Positions 23,211 to 36,700 of a stretch of 64,000 bases of DNA are shown here, one piece after another. The position numbers and the translations under genes were made by a program. Origin of the DNA: Raillietiella orientalis (Eukaryota); the NCBI GenBank assembly GCA_036172245.1, contig JAYWIR010000021.1:2108001-2172000 (forward strand), written 5' to 3'. How positions within the stretch are numbered: position 1 is the first letter of the stretch; each line of letters begins with the position of its first letter. The notes under the pieces were generated by a model. The model did not search any database. It had not been told where the DNA came from and saw only the letters and a list, made by a program, of their open reading frames with translations.

Positions 23211-26200
23211 TCACAAAACTTTGTAACGTCCCCTGTTAAACGGTTGGTAAGCTGCCGTTTGCAACTTGATAAGCTCCTCTTTGATCAGGCGCGTGATTTC
23301 GGCTTTGGCTTTCGCGACGGCCAGCTCACTGGTACTTTCGATGGCCAGGAACAACTTCCGATCGCCATCCACGGGTGTTTTCCCGGAGGGGTAATAGGTG
23401 CCCCTGACCGTGATGCCAGCTTCTGAATAGTCACTGATTTGCGCAAGAGCTTCCTTGGACGTCACTCGCCAGCGCGCTTGCTGCGGGAAATCGTTGATCT
23501 CGAGCTCTTCTTCGAACTTGCGGAAGATGCGGGCCTGCTCGTCTTCCTCGTCCATGTCCTCGCGCGGCTGGTAATTCAACTTGGTGTTCAGCTTGGCGGC
23601 CAGCTGCTCGGCAACCGTCTTTGCTGAGATCAGAGGTTGGCTGAGCGCTCCTTTCATGATGGCCTCCGCACTCTGCTGTGCCGCGCCTTTGGCTTCGGCG
23701 CCCAAGTTCTTCGCCAGGTTAATGCGCGAAGCCAGGCGCCTGGCCAGCTCAAGCTTGTCCTGACTTGCTGGAATCGCTGGGCAAACTCCGTAAGGCTTAC
23801 TGCGCGGCCGCAGGTCATATTTACCCATGAGCGGTCGGATGGTAGGCGCCGCCACTTCTTTGATGGTCATCTTGGGGGCTAGCATGGATTCGATCTGCAA
23901 CTCCATGTCGTGATCCAGATCTTCGTCATCCGAATCTTGCAGCCCTGGTGGGGGAGGGGAGGAGGAAAAGCAGTCATGAGCCACGACCGCGCCAAGAAAC
24001 CGCACGCTGCTGCCCACCTAATGCGGCCTTCTGGAACTTCTTCTTTTCCGTAGCAAACTGGGCTTCCGCCTCGTCGAACCGGAATCCTTTGCCACTGAAA
24101 CCACCTCCAAGTTTCACGGGCTTTCCTTCCTTGAAGGGACATTAGGGCAAGAGCTAATTGTGAGCAGCTCTCGTGTTACCGCGGCCAGGCGAGCTCTGTA
24201 GCGATCCCAAAGCATCTGCAGCTCAAAGGGAACAGGTGTGCCCGAGACTTCTAAGGCTCGCACCATATCTCCCGCATAGCGTTCCTGCTCGGAAGTTATA
24301 AACGTATATGCGTATCCTTTGTTTCCTGCTCTTCCGGTTCTTCCGCATCTGTGCACGTAGTCCTCGTAGTGGTTTGGCACATCATAATTTACCACTAAGA
24401 TCAGATCCTTGATATCAATGCCACGAGCAGCTACCGAGGTGGCTACAAGAATCTTAGCACGCCCGGCTTTGAAGTCCATAATGATGCTATCCCGATCATA
24501 TTGATCGATGCCCCCGTGCAATGCCAAGCATGCATAGGAGGCACGCATCAGATCGCGGAGCACCCCGTCTGCATGTTCCTGCTTATCTACAAAAATAAGG
24601 ACGCTCCCCTGATCCTGGTATTGGCCCAACAACTCTAACAACTTTAAAAATTTCTGATCCTCTTCCAGCACGACCTGGGGAAAACACAAAATCATCACCG
24701 CGTCGCTGGGAGCAACCCCCTCTCCTCACAATGTGCTGCTCCACTTCTTTGCAAACCACGCTCCGCCCGCCCACTTGAACCTCGATGGGCTTGCACAGAA
24801 TGCGGCGAGCCAGCGCCTCCATTTGACGAGGAAACGTGGCGCTGAACATCACCGTTTGCCTGTCCGGCCTCACGTTTTCCACAATCCGCATAACCTGGGG
24901 TTCGAAGCCCATATCAAACATGCGATCGGCTTCGTCGAGAACGATGTACGTGATCCTTCTCAAGTTGGTCACGCGACCTACGAGAGAAGCACTGAATACC
25001 GGAAACAAGGTGTTCTCGATCGGTGTACCACTGTTTGCCGCCAGCATGTCGATCATCCTACCAGGTGTACAAACAATGATTTCAGCGCCACGCTTTAGCT
25101 CAGCAATCTGTTCTGAAATTCCTGTGCCGCCATACACACAGACCACATTCAATCCGAGGCTTCTCGTGAATTTGCGGGCTTCCTTTCCGATTTGCATGCA
25201 CAATTCCCGCGTTGGGGCCATGATTATGGCTGCACAAAACAGGGGGCGGACACACATCAGTCCGATACTTTACATGAATCTAGACAGACTTACCGATTGG
25301 ACCATCTCCTTCTTCAAGAGGGGGCTGATCCATTATATGGCGAAACATCGGTACCAGGAAAGCGAGAGTTTTTCCACTACCTGTTTTGGCAATACCAATT
25401 AAGTCTCGCCCTGACATGATGGCTGGGATTGCTTGTGCCTGAATGGGTGTTGGCTTCTCATACCCTTGTTTTTTGAGAACATCCAAAACCTTCTTGCTGC
25501 AACCACATTGGGCCCAAGATTTCAACGGCTTCGGGCAGTGCTTGCCTCGAACTCGAATACCTTCCAGTTCCTGAATGAATTGCGCTCTAGAACTTGCATT
25601 CTCAGATTCCCAAATAGATCACCTCTCGAAACGCTGTGACTTCTTCATCTGTCATACGTGCCAGCTCGGGCACCTCCACGTAAAAATTTTTGCGGAATGG
25701 TTGATACTCCACACACGAGTGGTCAATGCGAACCAATTCCTTGCGCCCTTTGTTGGCAAGACTGTTTAGAGTAGCTTCTAGATCCTCCTCCTCTTCCTCT
25801 TCCGAGTACTATGAGCAACCCATCATAACCGTGATAAAGCATTCCTGTTTACCTCCAAGGCATCTTGATTTTGTTCAATTAATTCTCCCCTTTTGCTAGT
25901 TCCTTCCCTTTTGTGAGCAAAACCTCTGATAACCATCACCTTTTTCTCCAGATTGGCTATGTTTTCTTCGCCATTTGGATCAGCCAATTTACACAAATCT
26001 TGTTTACCTACAGCACGCACTTCTTCTTGCACCTCCTACACTCTCACGAATGATTTATGCCAATAGATAAATCTGAATGACACACCTGCATGTAAGCATC
26101 CAATGGGTCAATTTCTTCTTCAGGTAAAACAGTTTTGGCATCTTTACCGTCAGCTCCTTCTTCATCTTCTTCTTCCTCATCATCTTCTAAAGACCACTTC

Positions 26201-29200
26201 TTCCCCTGTGAGACTACCAAAGGCATGGTGCTGGTTGCAATTTGCGATTTTGTTTCCTCCAGGAATTTCTTTTTCCTTTCAGCTCTCCATTTTTCAATAC
26301 GTTCTCGACGCTTTTGCATCTCCAAATCCAACTGCTTTTGTTCAGCTTCCTAAAGAGCACACCAGAAATAAAATTTCTGATTTCATAAAATAAAGTTTCA
26401 TTATTATATTACCATCAAGTTCACTTTATCCAGTTTGTCAGAATCAGATGCAGACTGTTGCTCTTCAGTAACAGCTGCTGAATCCTCTTTTCTGACTGAA
26501 GGCTTCTCATTTTTTTCTGTTTTTGAGTCAGTTTTCTCATTCTTCTCCAGTACAACTCGACTGTGTTTGTGATCTCTAACATATGCAAACATGTATATGT
26601 GGACCTGTATAGCGTACAGTAATTACCTCGAATCTTTCTCTCTAGAATGTGAGCGTTTTCTCAACCTGTCACGGGATCTGCTCCTGTACCATTATCACAC
26701 AATTATTAAAAATTAATAAATATTCAAATTGGAACTCATTTACAACACACAGTGTATACATCGACTACAATACCTTCTATAGCTTCTGTCTTTGCTTCTA
26801 CTTCTTGTCCTTTTTCTATCTCTTCTATGTTTGTCACTGTCTCTATTCCTTGATCCACTGTGACTACGGCTTCTTCTTCTATAATGTCTAAAAACACACA
26901 CAAAGTTCCTCTTACACAAACTCTAAAATACAAACGTATAGATTATTATGAAAGATACAAACAAAAAGGCTTGTAACATTGTGGAAATAGTGGGAACATG
27001 AAAATCGCCATCCCTAAAGGAACAACCTTATAAGCAAGCATGTACACACAAAAATATTCCAATTCCAAGATCATTGAAGGTAAATGCATAAATTGACAGA
27101 TCACAATAAACAGATTTTATGAATTGCAGCATAGACTCTATTGAAAGACAATGATCACATCGATTTTACAGTGACGATGTGAAACAAAATCCACAAACAA
27201 ACAGTAAAATGGACAAAGTAAGATGGAAAACAACTCGCATTTTGCTCAAATGCATGCTAACTGTTGTGATAGGAATCCTTTTAACAGTAGATGATCCCTG
27301 CTTAACTGACTAGAAAACGGCATTTCCGGGGGGATGGAAGGGACAGAAAAGTACCTTTTAAGCAATAGCTACAATGACAACAGATGTTCGACAGGAAAAG
27401 TTCTTGATACAGCTAACTTCAAAACAATTAGCATGAAGAATTTTTAATTTTCCTATGACCAAGGGAAAGCACTTCTTTAATATCTACACACATATTCATC
27501 TATTAAGTTCACTTGTGTGCAGCGTGTGTATCACCACCCTGCATGCAATTTTTCAGAAAATCAACATATCAAAGAATTTTTCATACCAATATATCATACA
27601 TCAAAAGCATGCAGAAGTGAACTGATGTTTGGAAATGAAAAAAATTTCCTAAACCTAATATCTTAAACCTCGTCATAACAACAACAGGATAAGTTGTAGT
27701 GTTTTTCCACTCTGTGCATGCATCGATTAACACACAAGCACACATACTCCAATGTATATAATACGTATTTGTGGTGCACTAAGGAATGCATGCACAGAGA
27801 TGGAAAACACTATAAATTCTCAATACTTTTAAGAGATCTCTCACACTTTTTAAGGGTTCATCAAAACATCAGCAAAGCAAAGACCAAAATGACAATAGAA
27901 AAAAAAAAAAAAAAATTTGGCTTAAACTATCTTATGGATCCAGATCAATATTTTTGCAATGCAGAAATACGCGTTGATATTATGCGGTGGTAGTCATAAT
28001 CATAACACTCGTGAAAAATTTTGGTTGATCAATACTGTCCTCATTCACAAAACATACAGTACAATAAACAGCCATATATAAAAGTATAATAACCACACAT
28101 GATATTTATCATTTTCATGGGAAATTCAAGGAATTAACCAATACATATAAGGAGGAAAAACCTTTGCTTCTCAAGGCAAATACGGACACAGCAATTTCAT
28201 ACTTGTATGCAAAGCAGCATCAAGTCTACATGGAATTTTCCTAGATAAAATTCGACTTCAAATGAAATTTCCGAGCTTCACAGAATGCGTGGATCATTTC
28301 TGTTAAGTGCATTCCAGCTTTAAACACAAAACATCCAAATATAAAAAATTTGCACCTAGATCTTAAGTCATTTGAGGAACACAAAATATTGTTAACATCA
28401 TTTCTTGATATTTCCAACAACACTGCTCAAAGTAATGGGGAAAACTTGAATTACATTCAGTTTCCTGCTAAATTCTGGTTTCAACTGCACAGTGAAAAAT
28501 ACCACCACCACTACTATGAAAGGCACATTGAGAAAGTGAATAGTTGGCAAATTACATTTAAATACGCTGGTAAAAAGAAATAAAAAATGAAACTCGAAAT
28601 GTAAAGAACTGCATCACTATCACAATAAATAATTTACAAATCACTTACATTTACAGCATCACAATCATTGAGTATTACAATAAAATAAACAAACATTTAC
28701 ATACAAAATGAAACTTACAGTGCAAAGCTATTGTAAGAGCAATCACTTATTTGAAATACATGCAAACTCATTTAGTGAGCATGTGATCAATGTGCACAGA
28801 TGCAAACAGTGTGGTTCTAATGGGCAATGTAAATTAAAAGTGAGTACAGTTCTAATGTTCTAATGACAGTATGGTTCTGATGTTCATTAAAAACTGTGAT
28901 GCCCATAGGTTCCATAGCATTTGCTAGTTCTGAAAACATCATTCTTTAATTTATGACAGCAGAGTTAACATGCTAATAGCTAATCATAACCTGAAGGCAA
29001 CATTCAAGATTACTGCCAAATTTCTGCAAAAAAAGACAAAAAACCTTTTTACATTTTTGTATGGCAAATCAAATGTAAAACGTATGATGCACCTAAAAAA
29101 ATAACTGAAATAGTTTATTTTATCTTCGTCCATGCCTTTCATATTGATGCATTATTCATACCAATACTTCAGATTGAATGAAATTTGCATGACAATTTAG

Positions 29201-30737
29201 ATGCTCAATTTAAAAATGGAAAGAAATACACAATAAACGGATATTTAAATAAATCCGCTTATTATTAAAAAAATGATAATTCTAAAGTTGATGACTTCAG
29301 AGTTCAAGCTACATATTACTCTCAACTTCCATTGGATGAATGTAATTCAAGGACTACAAATAAATTAAACTGCCCTAAAAGAATTGAAAAATGCATTTGG
29401 TCAATGAATTTGCAGTTGATCGACATTTAGAAAGTTGTAAGACTCTAATACATCTGATTCTTTAATCCATCTCTACATAATCTTCCTGAATGTATATTTG
29501 TACCATCTGAATGTATATCTGTTCTCAAAATAGGTGGTGAAGGTGCAGCTCCCATAACATGCCAGTTGTGTGAATAATCTTAATAACAGGCATGTTATGG
29601 GAGATGGATCAATGGATCATGTCATATTAACCATAACAAAAGTGCTCTTATAAGCAATCCAATTTATTCTATTTACTCATTTTCAAGAATTTACTAAAAA
29701 AAATTCCTAAACTTTCACTTCTTCATAAACAAAGGAAAATGAAAACCGATATCATTCAATCAGAAAACATACATCTAGTTATCCTGATGTTTCACATTTT
29801 CAGCAAACACAGGGAAATATAAAAAAAAAAACAAGGCAAAGCTCACCACATGCTTTCATGCATCTATTGAACTTGAAACTGTTCTACAGAATTTACACAT
29901 CAAATCATGCAATTTAACAATTCATGCAAAAGGTGCTGAGAGACGATTTTTGGTGGTGTTTTGCTTCTACATCGATAACTTACTTTCAGCAGAGAACTAC
30001 TTTCTGAGCTTGACCATTTTTGGTGGTGTTTTGCTTCTAGATCGATAACTTACTTTCAGCTGACAACTACTTTCTGAGCTGTGCATAATTTCAAACAAGA
30101 TTTAAAGATGCAAAAAAAAGGGCTACTGATATGAAGGTATGCAAATATCAACTTTATAGAGTTCTCAAACACGAAAAATCGGGACAACAAAACTGCAGTT
30201 ATTCGCAAGAAAAAATCTAGGTATCAACCCATGTCATCTCCATAATTGAATAACTAAAGGTCGACTCTGCTCATCAATAAAAATTTGTTAAGGGCACTAG
30301 ACAAAACTGCAAAAGCTGATCTTCTTGATTAGGATACATTATCGTTTGCAAAGATTCACTTCACTATGAAACACTCTGTACACTTGGTGTATCTCCTAGT
30401 TCCCACTGACACTGCGCTTCCAAAGCCATTTCTGATGTGCACAATTTCACCATAGGAATAATGACGGGTTTGCAACTTTGTTATAAGACTGACATTTGGT
30501 TTCAAATACAAGTGTGCAACGTTCTAACTTTCAACAAGGAAAACACATACGAATCTACACTGAAGCCTAATTTGTCTCGGGATTGGAGTGCAAGTGAAAC
30601 AAAAATACTTGATTTCTCACACACCGCACATATGAGACTTACCGCATCCAAAATACGCACACACCTCGACACATAAAAATAAAAATACTCTTAAATAAAG
30701 TTGATAAATAATGTTACCTATCTCTATCTCGGGCCAT
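23211..30737 (-). CDS. DDX46: DEAD-box RNA helicase DDX46/Prp5, about 1013 aa, 13 exons: 30737-30718, 26887-26774, 26683-26627, 26575-26425, 26349-26086, 26035-25853, 25808-25623, 25570-25294, 25229-25029, 24977-24730, 24674-24180, 24129-24018, 23944-23211.
   Basis: RS-rich N-terminus ([17 protein letters not shown]), DPLDAYM, Q motif ([14 protein letters not shown]), [39 protein letters not shown], and the C-terminal segment [21 protein letters not shown]...GRYKVL*. Summed exons are 3042 nt, divisible by 3. Confidence 0.97.
29546..29606 (-). ncRNA. Candidate intronic stem-loop (pre-miRNA-like) in DDX46 intron 1
   Basis: CTCCCATAACATGCC (29549-29563) is the exact reverse complement of GGCATGTTATGGGAG (29589-29603). 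Pairing extends with single mismatches on both sides. The hairpin is evident, but its identity as an RNA gene is unproven. Confidence 0.35.
29942..30081. repeat. Two-copy tandem direct repeat with a 70-bp unit, in DDX46 intron 1
   Basis: 29942-30011 and 30012-30081 align without gaps and differ at about 5 positions. Confidence 0.95.
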
Positions 30738-32845
30738 TTACGAACATCCGAATTGTATACACCATGTAAACAATGCTTTTTACACCAAATATGCTTTCAA
30801 CATAGTACTGGAACTGCTCCACCAGCCAAAGCAATATGGATTCGGAAGTACCAAGCAAACATGCGCTAGCTAGCTGGAGTAAAAACGTTTTCGATACATA
30901 GCAATTTCAAATGAGCATTCCGATGCTCAACAGAATTGTCGAATAAGCAAAAGACTCACTCAGTCAGCAGTTTTACGTCAGTGATCATATAATTATGCGT
31001 TCTCGGCGAAATTTTTAATTTCTCTGGGTGATACTTTCGTAAATTTTGTTCTTTACACATTCTTTAAAAAACAAGTCACTGAATTTCTTTGAGTCGAAAT
31101 ATTTCCCTATCAGAAAATGAGACATTAAGCATTCATGGATACAGAAAATTATGTGTTTGGATCTCCCTTGTAATAACGCCACGTTCAATCAAGACATTCT
31201 TCGATTTTACCCCTGTATCTATGTCTTACTAACTGGAAGACCCATGTGCCCGAAATTTTACAAAGACTACTTGTTACCGATTGCTTCGTTCGAATTCAAT
31301 TTCCTGAGAGAAAATTAAGTATGTTCTCACAAATAATGGAAACGGATTTTTCCAAATCTGAATCTGATGCTTTTACAAATCCGTGAAAGCGTTATGAGAT
31401 ACCTATCGCTCAAGAATATAAATTTATTCCTTTGTTCACAGTAACAGCTTGCTCGGCGGCATCTCAGATAGTATTTGATTAGCTTCATACATGTGAGTGT
31501 CGAAAGAGTATTTGGATTTTTTCTGGATACCTCACGATATTACGGCAGCAATTTGCTGTTTGACGTGCTAGCTGTGGTGCAGAGCACTTTTTGTGCATTT
31601 TTCGCGCTGACTACTCACAATTTGCCAAGAGGTTTTTATTTTCATTTTTTTTGAACTACCAGTAATCCGTGTTTTCATTCCACAACAGCAGTTTCAATTT
31701 TCCATTCTTTGGTGATGGGAATTCTCTTTAACTGCTACTATGCAACCCCTATTACTCGTGCACTGCGTCCTTCCGTTTCTATAATCTGTGGTGGTGCACT
31801 TGTTTTTGAAGCCACCGGGGTGCTTTGGCTAGAACTCCGTGACTCGTTAATGCCTCTGAACACATCCGCACTTTTGTTCATCAAGGTGCCATGGCTGCAC
31901 TCTTCCTTTGTCATCTGCTTTCCTGGAATTACACCGAACGCCATATCCGCTGCTGGCCCCTTCAAACCTCTGCCGGTCTCTTTGCCGCGGGGGCACTTCG
32001 AGAATTTAATAATCACGGACACACAGTGGGTGTAGCGGTTGTATTGCTCGGTACGAGTCCTCGCGTGCCGAAGCGGGTGGGTGCGCCAGGAGCGGTAAAC
32101 CTCTTCGAACCGCCAGCGAGTCTTGCGGATCCAGGTGTTTCAGAGACTGCCAGATGTGAAAAGAGGACCCACGTGGAAAGATGCACCCTCTTTCCCCTGG
32201 GACTATCCTCCATTCCGGGTCAGCAGGGCTGCAAAACGAGTCACAACAAGGAAGGGGAGGAGGCGCTCACTGGAACGCCACTCCTGCGATCCGGATGGAT
32301 GCACTGGGAATCTCCCCTCCCGTTCCTTCCGAGGTCGATGCCCTTCCGGTTAAACTGTGCTGGCCCGTCCCTCCTCCTCGTCCTGACCACGGCTCGTCCC
32401 TTCCCTCCCTGACCCCTGACGGACCAGCTAGGAGAGGAAAGTACCAGGAAGAGTGAGCGCACTCGAGAAGGGGGAGGATGAGGGACACCGCCCGCAAGTG
32501 AATGCCTCCAGCGGGGGGAAAGGTCGTGGTTGTCGTCGTTGTGCGGACGCTGGATGAGGGAGGAGGGTTTGAGGGTTCTTCGTGGCCCACCGCTTGCGCG
32601 GCTCTGCCCAGCCCCGAGTTCCGGGAATGCTCTGGGTAGGGGATGGCATGGGGTCGAAGATCGAGTGGGTGTGAACAGGTGCACCGCCCCTCCACACTTT
32701 CTTCCTGGGGCTCCCCTGCTCGAAGAGGACCGTCGGAGGGGAAAAAAAGGAACCCTGCGCGGATCTCCTGCGGGAAGGGTTCTCCCACTGCCCATGTATT
32801 CCGCCCTCGCTTCCAGGAAGAGCCGGAGAGGTAGGGACGAGGAGG

Positions 32846-33771
32846 TCAGGCCGGCGCACAGCGGTGGACGCCGAGGAGAGCCTTCTCGCGGACCCTGGTC
32901 TTCCGCAGCAGGTCGATGACATCCTCCACCCTCATCTGGCTGACGTCCTGGTCGTTCACCTGGAAGCAGGGAGGGAGAGAGGGCAGGTGGGAGTGGCCCC
33001 TCCCTCCCCCGCCACATCCTCCTTGCGGAGTCTCACCTGCAGGATGACGTCACCGACCCTCAGCCTGCCGTCGCGGTTCGCCGGGCTGTCCGCGTGGACG
33101 GCGCTGACGACCACGTGGCCCTCCTCGTCCTGTCTCAGGCTGAAGCCGTACCGCGAGGTCCACTTGCGGTCGAGAGCCACGGTCAGGTACTCCTGCGGGA
33201 GCGAAGGGGTGGTCAGGAGAACGAGAAGAGGTCAAGGTCAGGTCAGCCTCCCGCCCCGCCCGATAGCCCGCCCCCTTCCGGTACTCACCGCGCAGGGGAG
33301 ACCCTCCTGGGCGCTCCGGAACCCCGGGGGGGGTTCGATGATGACCTCGGCGGAACGGGCGGGGATGCCCGGTGGAGGGGAAAATCTGGCGCCGCGCCAC
33401 TTGAGGAAGCCGGCACGGCGACTGGGGCGCTTGCAGCGGGTTCCTGCGGACACGGTGGCGCGCCCGAGGAGGGGGCCGCCGGAGTGAACCGCGGGGCCGC
33501 TTTCCCGGGGGGGGGAGGAGGCGGGCGGGACGCTGGCGGAGGCGCCCTGCCGCGACAGGCGCGGGGCCCGTAGGACCGCGGGTGCCTCCCGCGAGGCCCC
33601 GGCGGGTAGCTCCTCGTCCTCGCCGCCGAAGGTCATCCTGCAGGTGACGCTCGCGTACTCCTGAGAGCGGCGTCCCGAGGGGGCCGCGGCCCTCCCGGAG
33701 GAGCGCCCGTCTGGGGGTTCCCGGGCGTCGCCGCCGGCGGGCAGGAAGCAGCACAGGTCGCACAGCCCCAT
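32846..33771 (-). CDS. Small single-PDZ-domain protein, about 250 aa. Exons 33771-33289, 33192-33037, 32959-32846.
   Basis: Spliced exons 2-3 give a complete PDZ fold: EYLTVALDRKWTSRYGFSLRQDEEGHVVVSAVHADSPANRDGRLRVGDVILQ|VNDQDVSQMRVEDVIDLLRKTRVREKALLGVHR. Both introns (96 and 77 nt) are phase 0 with GTGAG donors and CAG acceptors. The start at MGLCDLCC is inferred, because the frame stays open upstream. Confidence 0.8.
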
Positions 33772-36700
33772 GTCCGCAGGGAGACCGCCCGTCCTTCCGT
33801 CCGCGCGCACGCGCAGGGCGGCAGGCGGAGGGGTGGGGCGGGGGCGTGCGGGAAGGGCAGGCGGGGTGGGCGGGGGGCCTCCTGGACGGCGGGGGGAGGA
33901 GGGAGGGCCACGGGGGAAGAACGTGCGCGCGCGCGCGCGTGGGGCCTCTTCCAGGTGTGCCTCCGCACGACGCCTCTCGGTAACGCCAGCTCGGCGGTGC
34001 GAGCGCAGGTGTTTCCACGGCGACGACGGCGGAAGGGCCGCTGCTGCGCGCAGCCGCCGCAGCCTCCGCCGCCGCGGAGGGTGGGTGGGGGAAGAGGGGG
34101 AGGTGGAGGTCGGGAGGGGCCGCCCCGCTGCGTTCCTCCCAGGTGCCCTCCCCCCGCCGGGCAATGAGCTTCCCCCTCCTCCGCCTTCCCTCTGGCCGAG
34201 GCAGCTGCGCCTTCGAGCGCGCGCGCACCGGTTCGCGGCTCCTCTGGCGGTGAACAGGGGAGGCGCGCGGTGGCGCGAGCGCCGCTCTCGGCGGCGATGG
34301 ACGCCCCTCGTCTCCCTCTCCCCTCCTCCCTCCCTGCGGGGGAGAGAGCGCGCGGATGATGATCTTGAGAGGAGCCCCACCGGGCGGGGCGCTCCGGAAG
34401 CGGAAGAACTGGCACCGGTCGGAAGGGAGGGGGGGGGGGATTCGCCTGCCTTTCCTCCCCGTTCCTTCCCCCGGCATCCCGTGGAGCACTCCCCGCCCCG
34501 CCCCTCTCCCTGCGGACCACGGGCGGTGGCGCGAGGGGCGTCTGGACGACGACGCGCCTCGGGGCGTTCGCCTGGCAACGCCCCTCGTATCCGGTAGCAA
34601 TCGGAGGGTGCGTATCCACAGGCGACGCCGGCAGCCGGGGAGAGAAGAGGGGAAGGCGGGAACGGCCCGCCGACCGAGCTCCGAGGTGCGGGGAGACCCT
34701 GAGGTCCTGGGAAGACGCCTCCTCACGACCCGCGAAGTCGTGACCCGAGAGGAGCGCATCCTGGAGGAGGTGTCCGTCTGGTGTCGCACCGCCGCGATCC
34801 GGAAGGGCATGCGGGGGACTGCCGTCGCTTTCCGGCCACTCCGTGGAGCGGACGCGTCGGGGTCGTTGCGCCTCCCGGTTCGGCGACGGCGGGTTCCACG
34901 GGCAACCCAGAGGACTTGCTTGACGGGAGAGATCGCACGGTTCCCCGGAAAGCACTCCCGGCGACGACTTGACGGCTATCTCGGGAAAGGAAGGAGGGAA
35001 GAGGGGTTGAAGAGACTGACGGGATGGGTAGCCATCGATACTCAGGTAGGGAGACCTTACGGCACCGGTCCTGCTGCGCCAACGTTCCGGGAGGGCACCT
35101 GAACGCTCCAAGAACTCGCACGCGCCAAGTGAGAGTGATGTTGCCGATGGGACTCCTCCTCCTCGTCGTCGCTCGGACGGATCCCATGGCAACCCAATCC
35201 GCTGTTCCGTTGGGAAGAGGCGGAGAGGATGGCGCGCTGGAACGGGCAGGAAGAGAGAGGTGGAGAGGAAACCTTCCGGGGCGGCGCGGCGCGGAGGGAC
35301 GGCGAACTCGGAAGCTGATGTTTCGATCTCAGGGCACAGATGGCAGGCGAAGTGCAGCACGTGTGCCGGAGACAGCCCGTCTCGGCCTCCGAAGGGATTC
35401 GGGACGGCGGCTCGCCCCGCACTGAAAAGATGGGGAGGAGGAGAAGGGGCGTAGAGGGAACCGGGGGCAACTATCTTTCCCTGACTTTCGTTTTCCTTCC
35501 CTACGGAAGCGCCCTGCCCGACTGCGAGACTTCTACGAGAGAGCTGGTCCTCGGGTGTCGTGGAGCTGTCATGAGGGACCCACCTTCCCTGCTGCCTCTG
35601 CTTTTCTTCTTTTCCAGGAAACCCCCCCTTCCGCACGGCCGGCCTTCGGTGGAAACATCCGTCCACTCTACTCCTACAGGATATTCGGGAGCTCCACCCA
35701 GGAAGACTGTGGTGTTTCCGTGCCTTCAACCCTTCTACTTCCTGCAACTTTTTCTGGAACGTGTGTCCGTGATTTCCTGATTCCTCAAGCGGAAACGGTC
35801 CCAAAGGTCCGAACGCCTTTCTAGTCGTTTCAGGTGATGGACCAGATGGGGAACAGGTTCAGACGGATGCGGAGGACGGAGACTTCTGTGATGACCGGAC
35901 TACGGGCGGGCATGCAGGTGGGGCCACGGCCAAACTGCAGAACGCAATGCGAACGTCTGTCCCGGGATAATCGCTGGCCGCGGCAAGAGGCAGCGATGGC
36001 CACGGAGTGCGCGAACGCGTGACACCGGCGTGCCTGTGGTTTCCGAATATCCAATCGCGGCTTTTTCTTCTTCGAGGGGTTCCCTCGTGTCGCCCGAAGA
36101 GGGAGCACAGGAGGCAAGGGGATATCCGTAATGTCGGTGCACGGGTGTGCCTCCGTTCTGAAGCCTGATGGCTGCTTACCAGATGAGGTCAGGGCGAAGA
36201 AAACCCGGTGTCCCGGAAATCACGCTTCGCGCTCTATAGGGTTTTTTTCTCTTTCTTCTTCTTCTTCTTCTAAGACGTTCGTCTGGGGCCCTCAAAAGAC
36301 GCTCGCAAGTCCCTCTCCGCCCACGGGTGATGGTAGCACGGTTGCCTGCTACCCCGTTCTGTGCTGTGCTCTTCGAAACCCGCTCAAGGGCCCCAGCGTC
36401 CTCACGTTCAACTGAACGAATGACTAGCGGTTGCCTCTTAGCGGTATCTGTTCCCCACGCGTTTCGTGGCGAGGAAGAAGAATTCTTGATAACGAGGAAT
36501 TCGTTTCTTCCAACTGTCACGAATGACGACCAAGCTGGTCAAGCAGAGACCTGCTAGCTTGGAGTTTCGTTAGGCCTTCCAGCATGGTTGATGCGGTTTC
36601 TCTTCAGCTGGAAAGGTGCGTGTAACGATGCCCTTAGGCTCACATGACATTCAGACAACGCATTCATCTCCTATGAGATCACACGGCACGATGCGCGTAC

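Noticed and set aside
26888..30717. C/D-box snoRNA in DDX46 intron 1
   Set aside because: I found no properly spaced RTGATGA/CTGA pair with a terminal stem on the sense strand.
31709..32035. Mirror ORFs of 108 aa (+, hydrophobic) and 94 aa (-)
   Set aside because: No domain or convincing splice context. This is more likely the PDZ gene's 3'UTR, with minus-strand AATAAA at 31635-31640 and 31423-31428.
33633..35804. 723-aa minus-strand ORF, the longest in the track
   Set aside because: It has no ATG start and no recognisable motif, overlaps the PDZ exon out of frame, and lies in stop-poor sequence where 400-590 aa noise ORFs are common.
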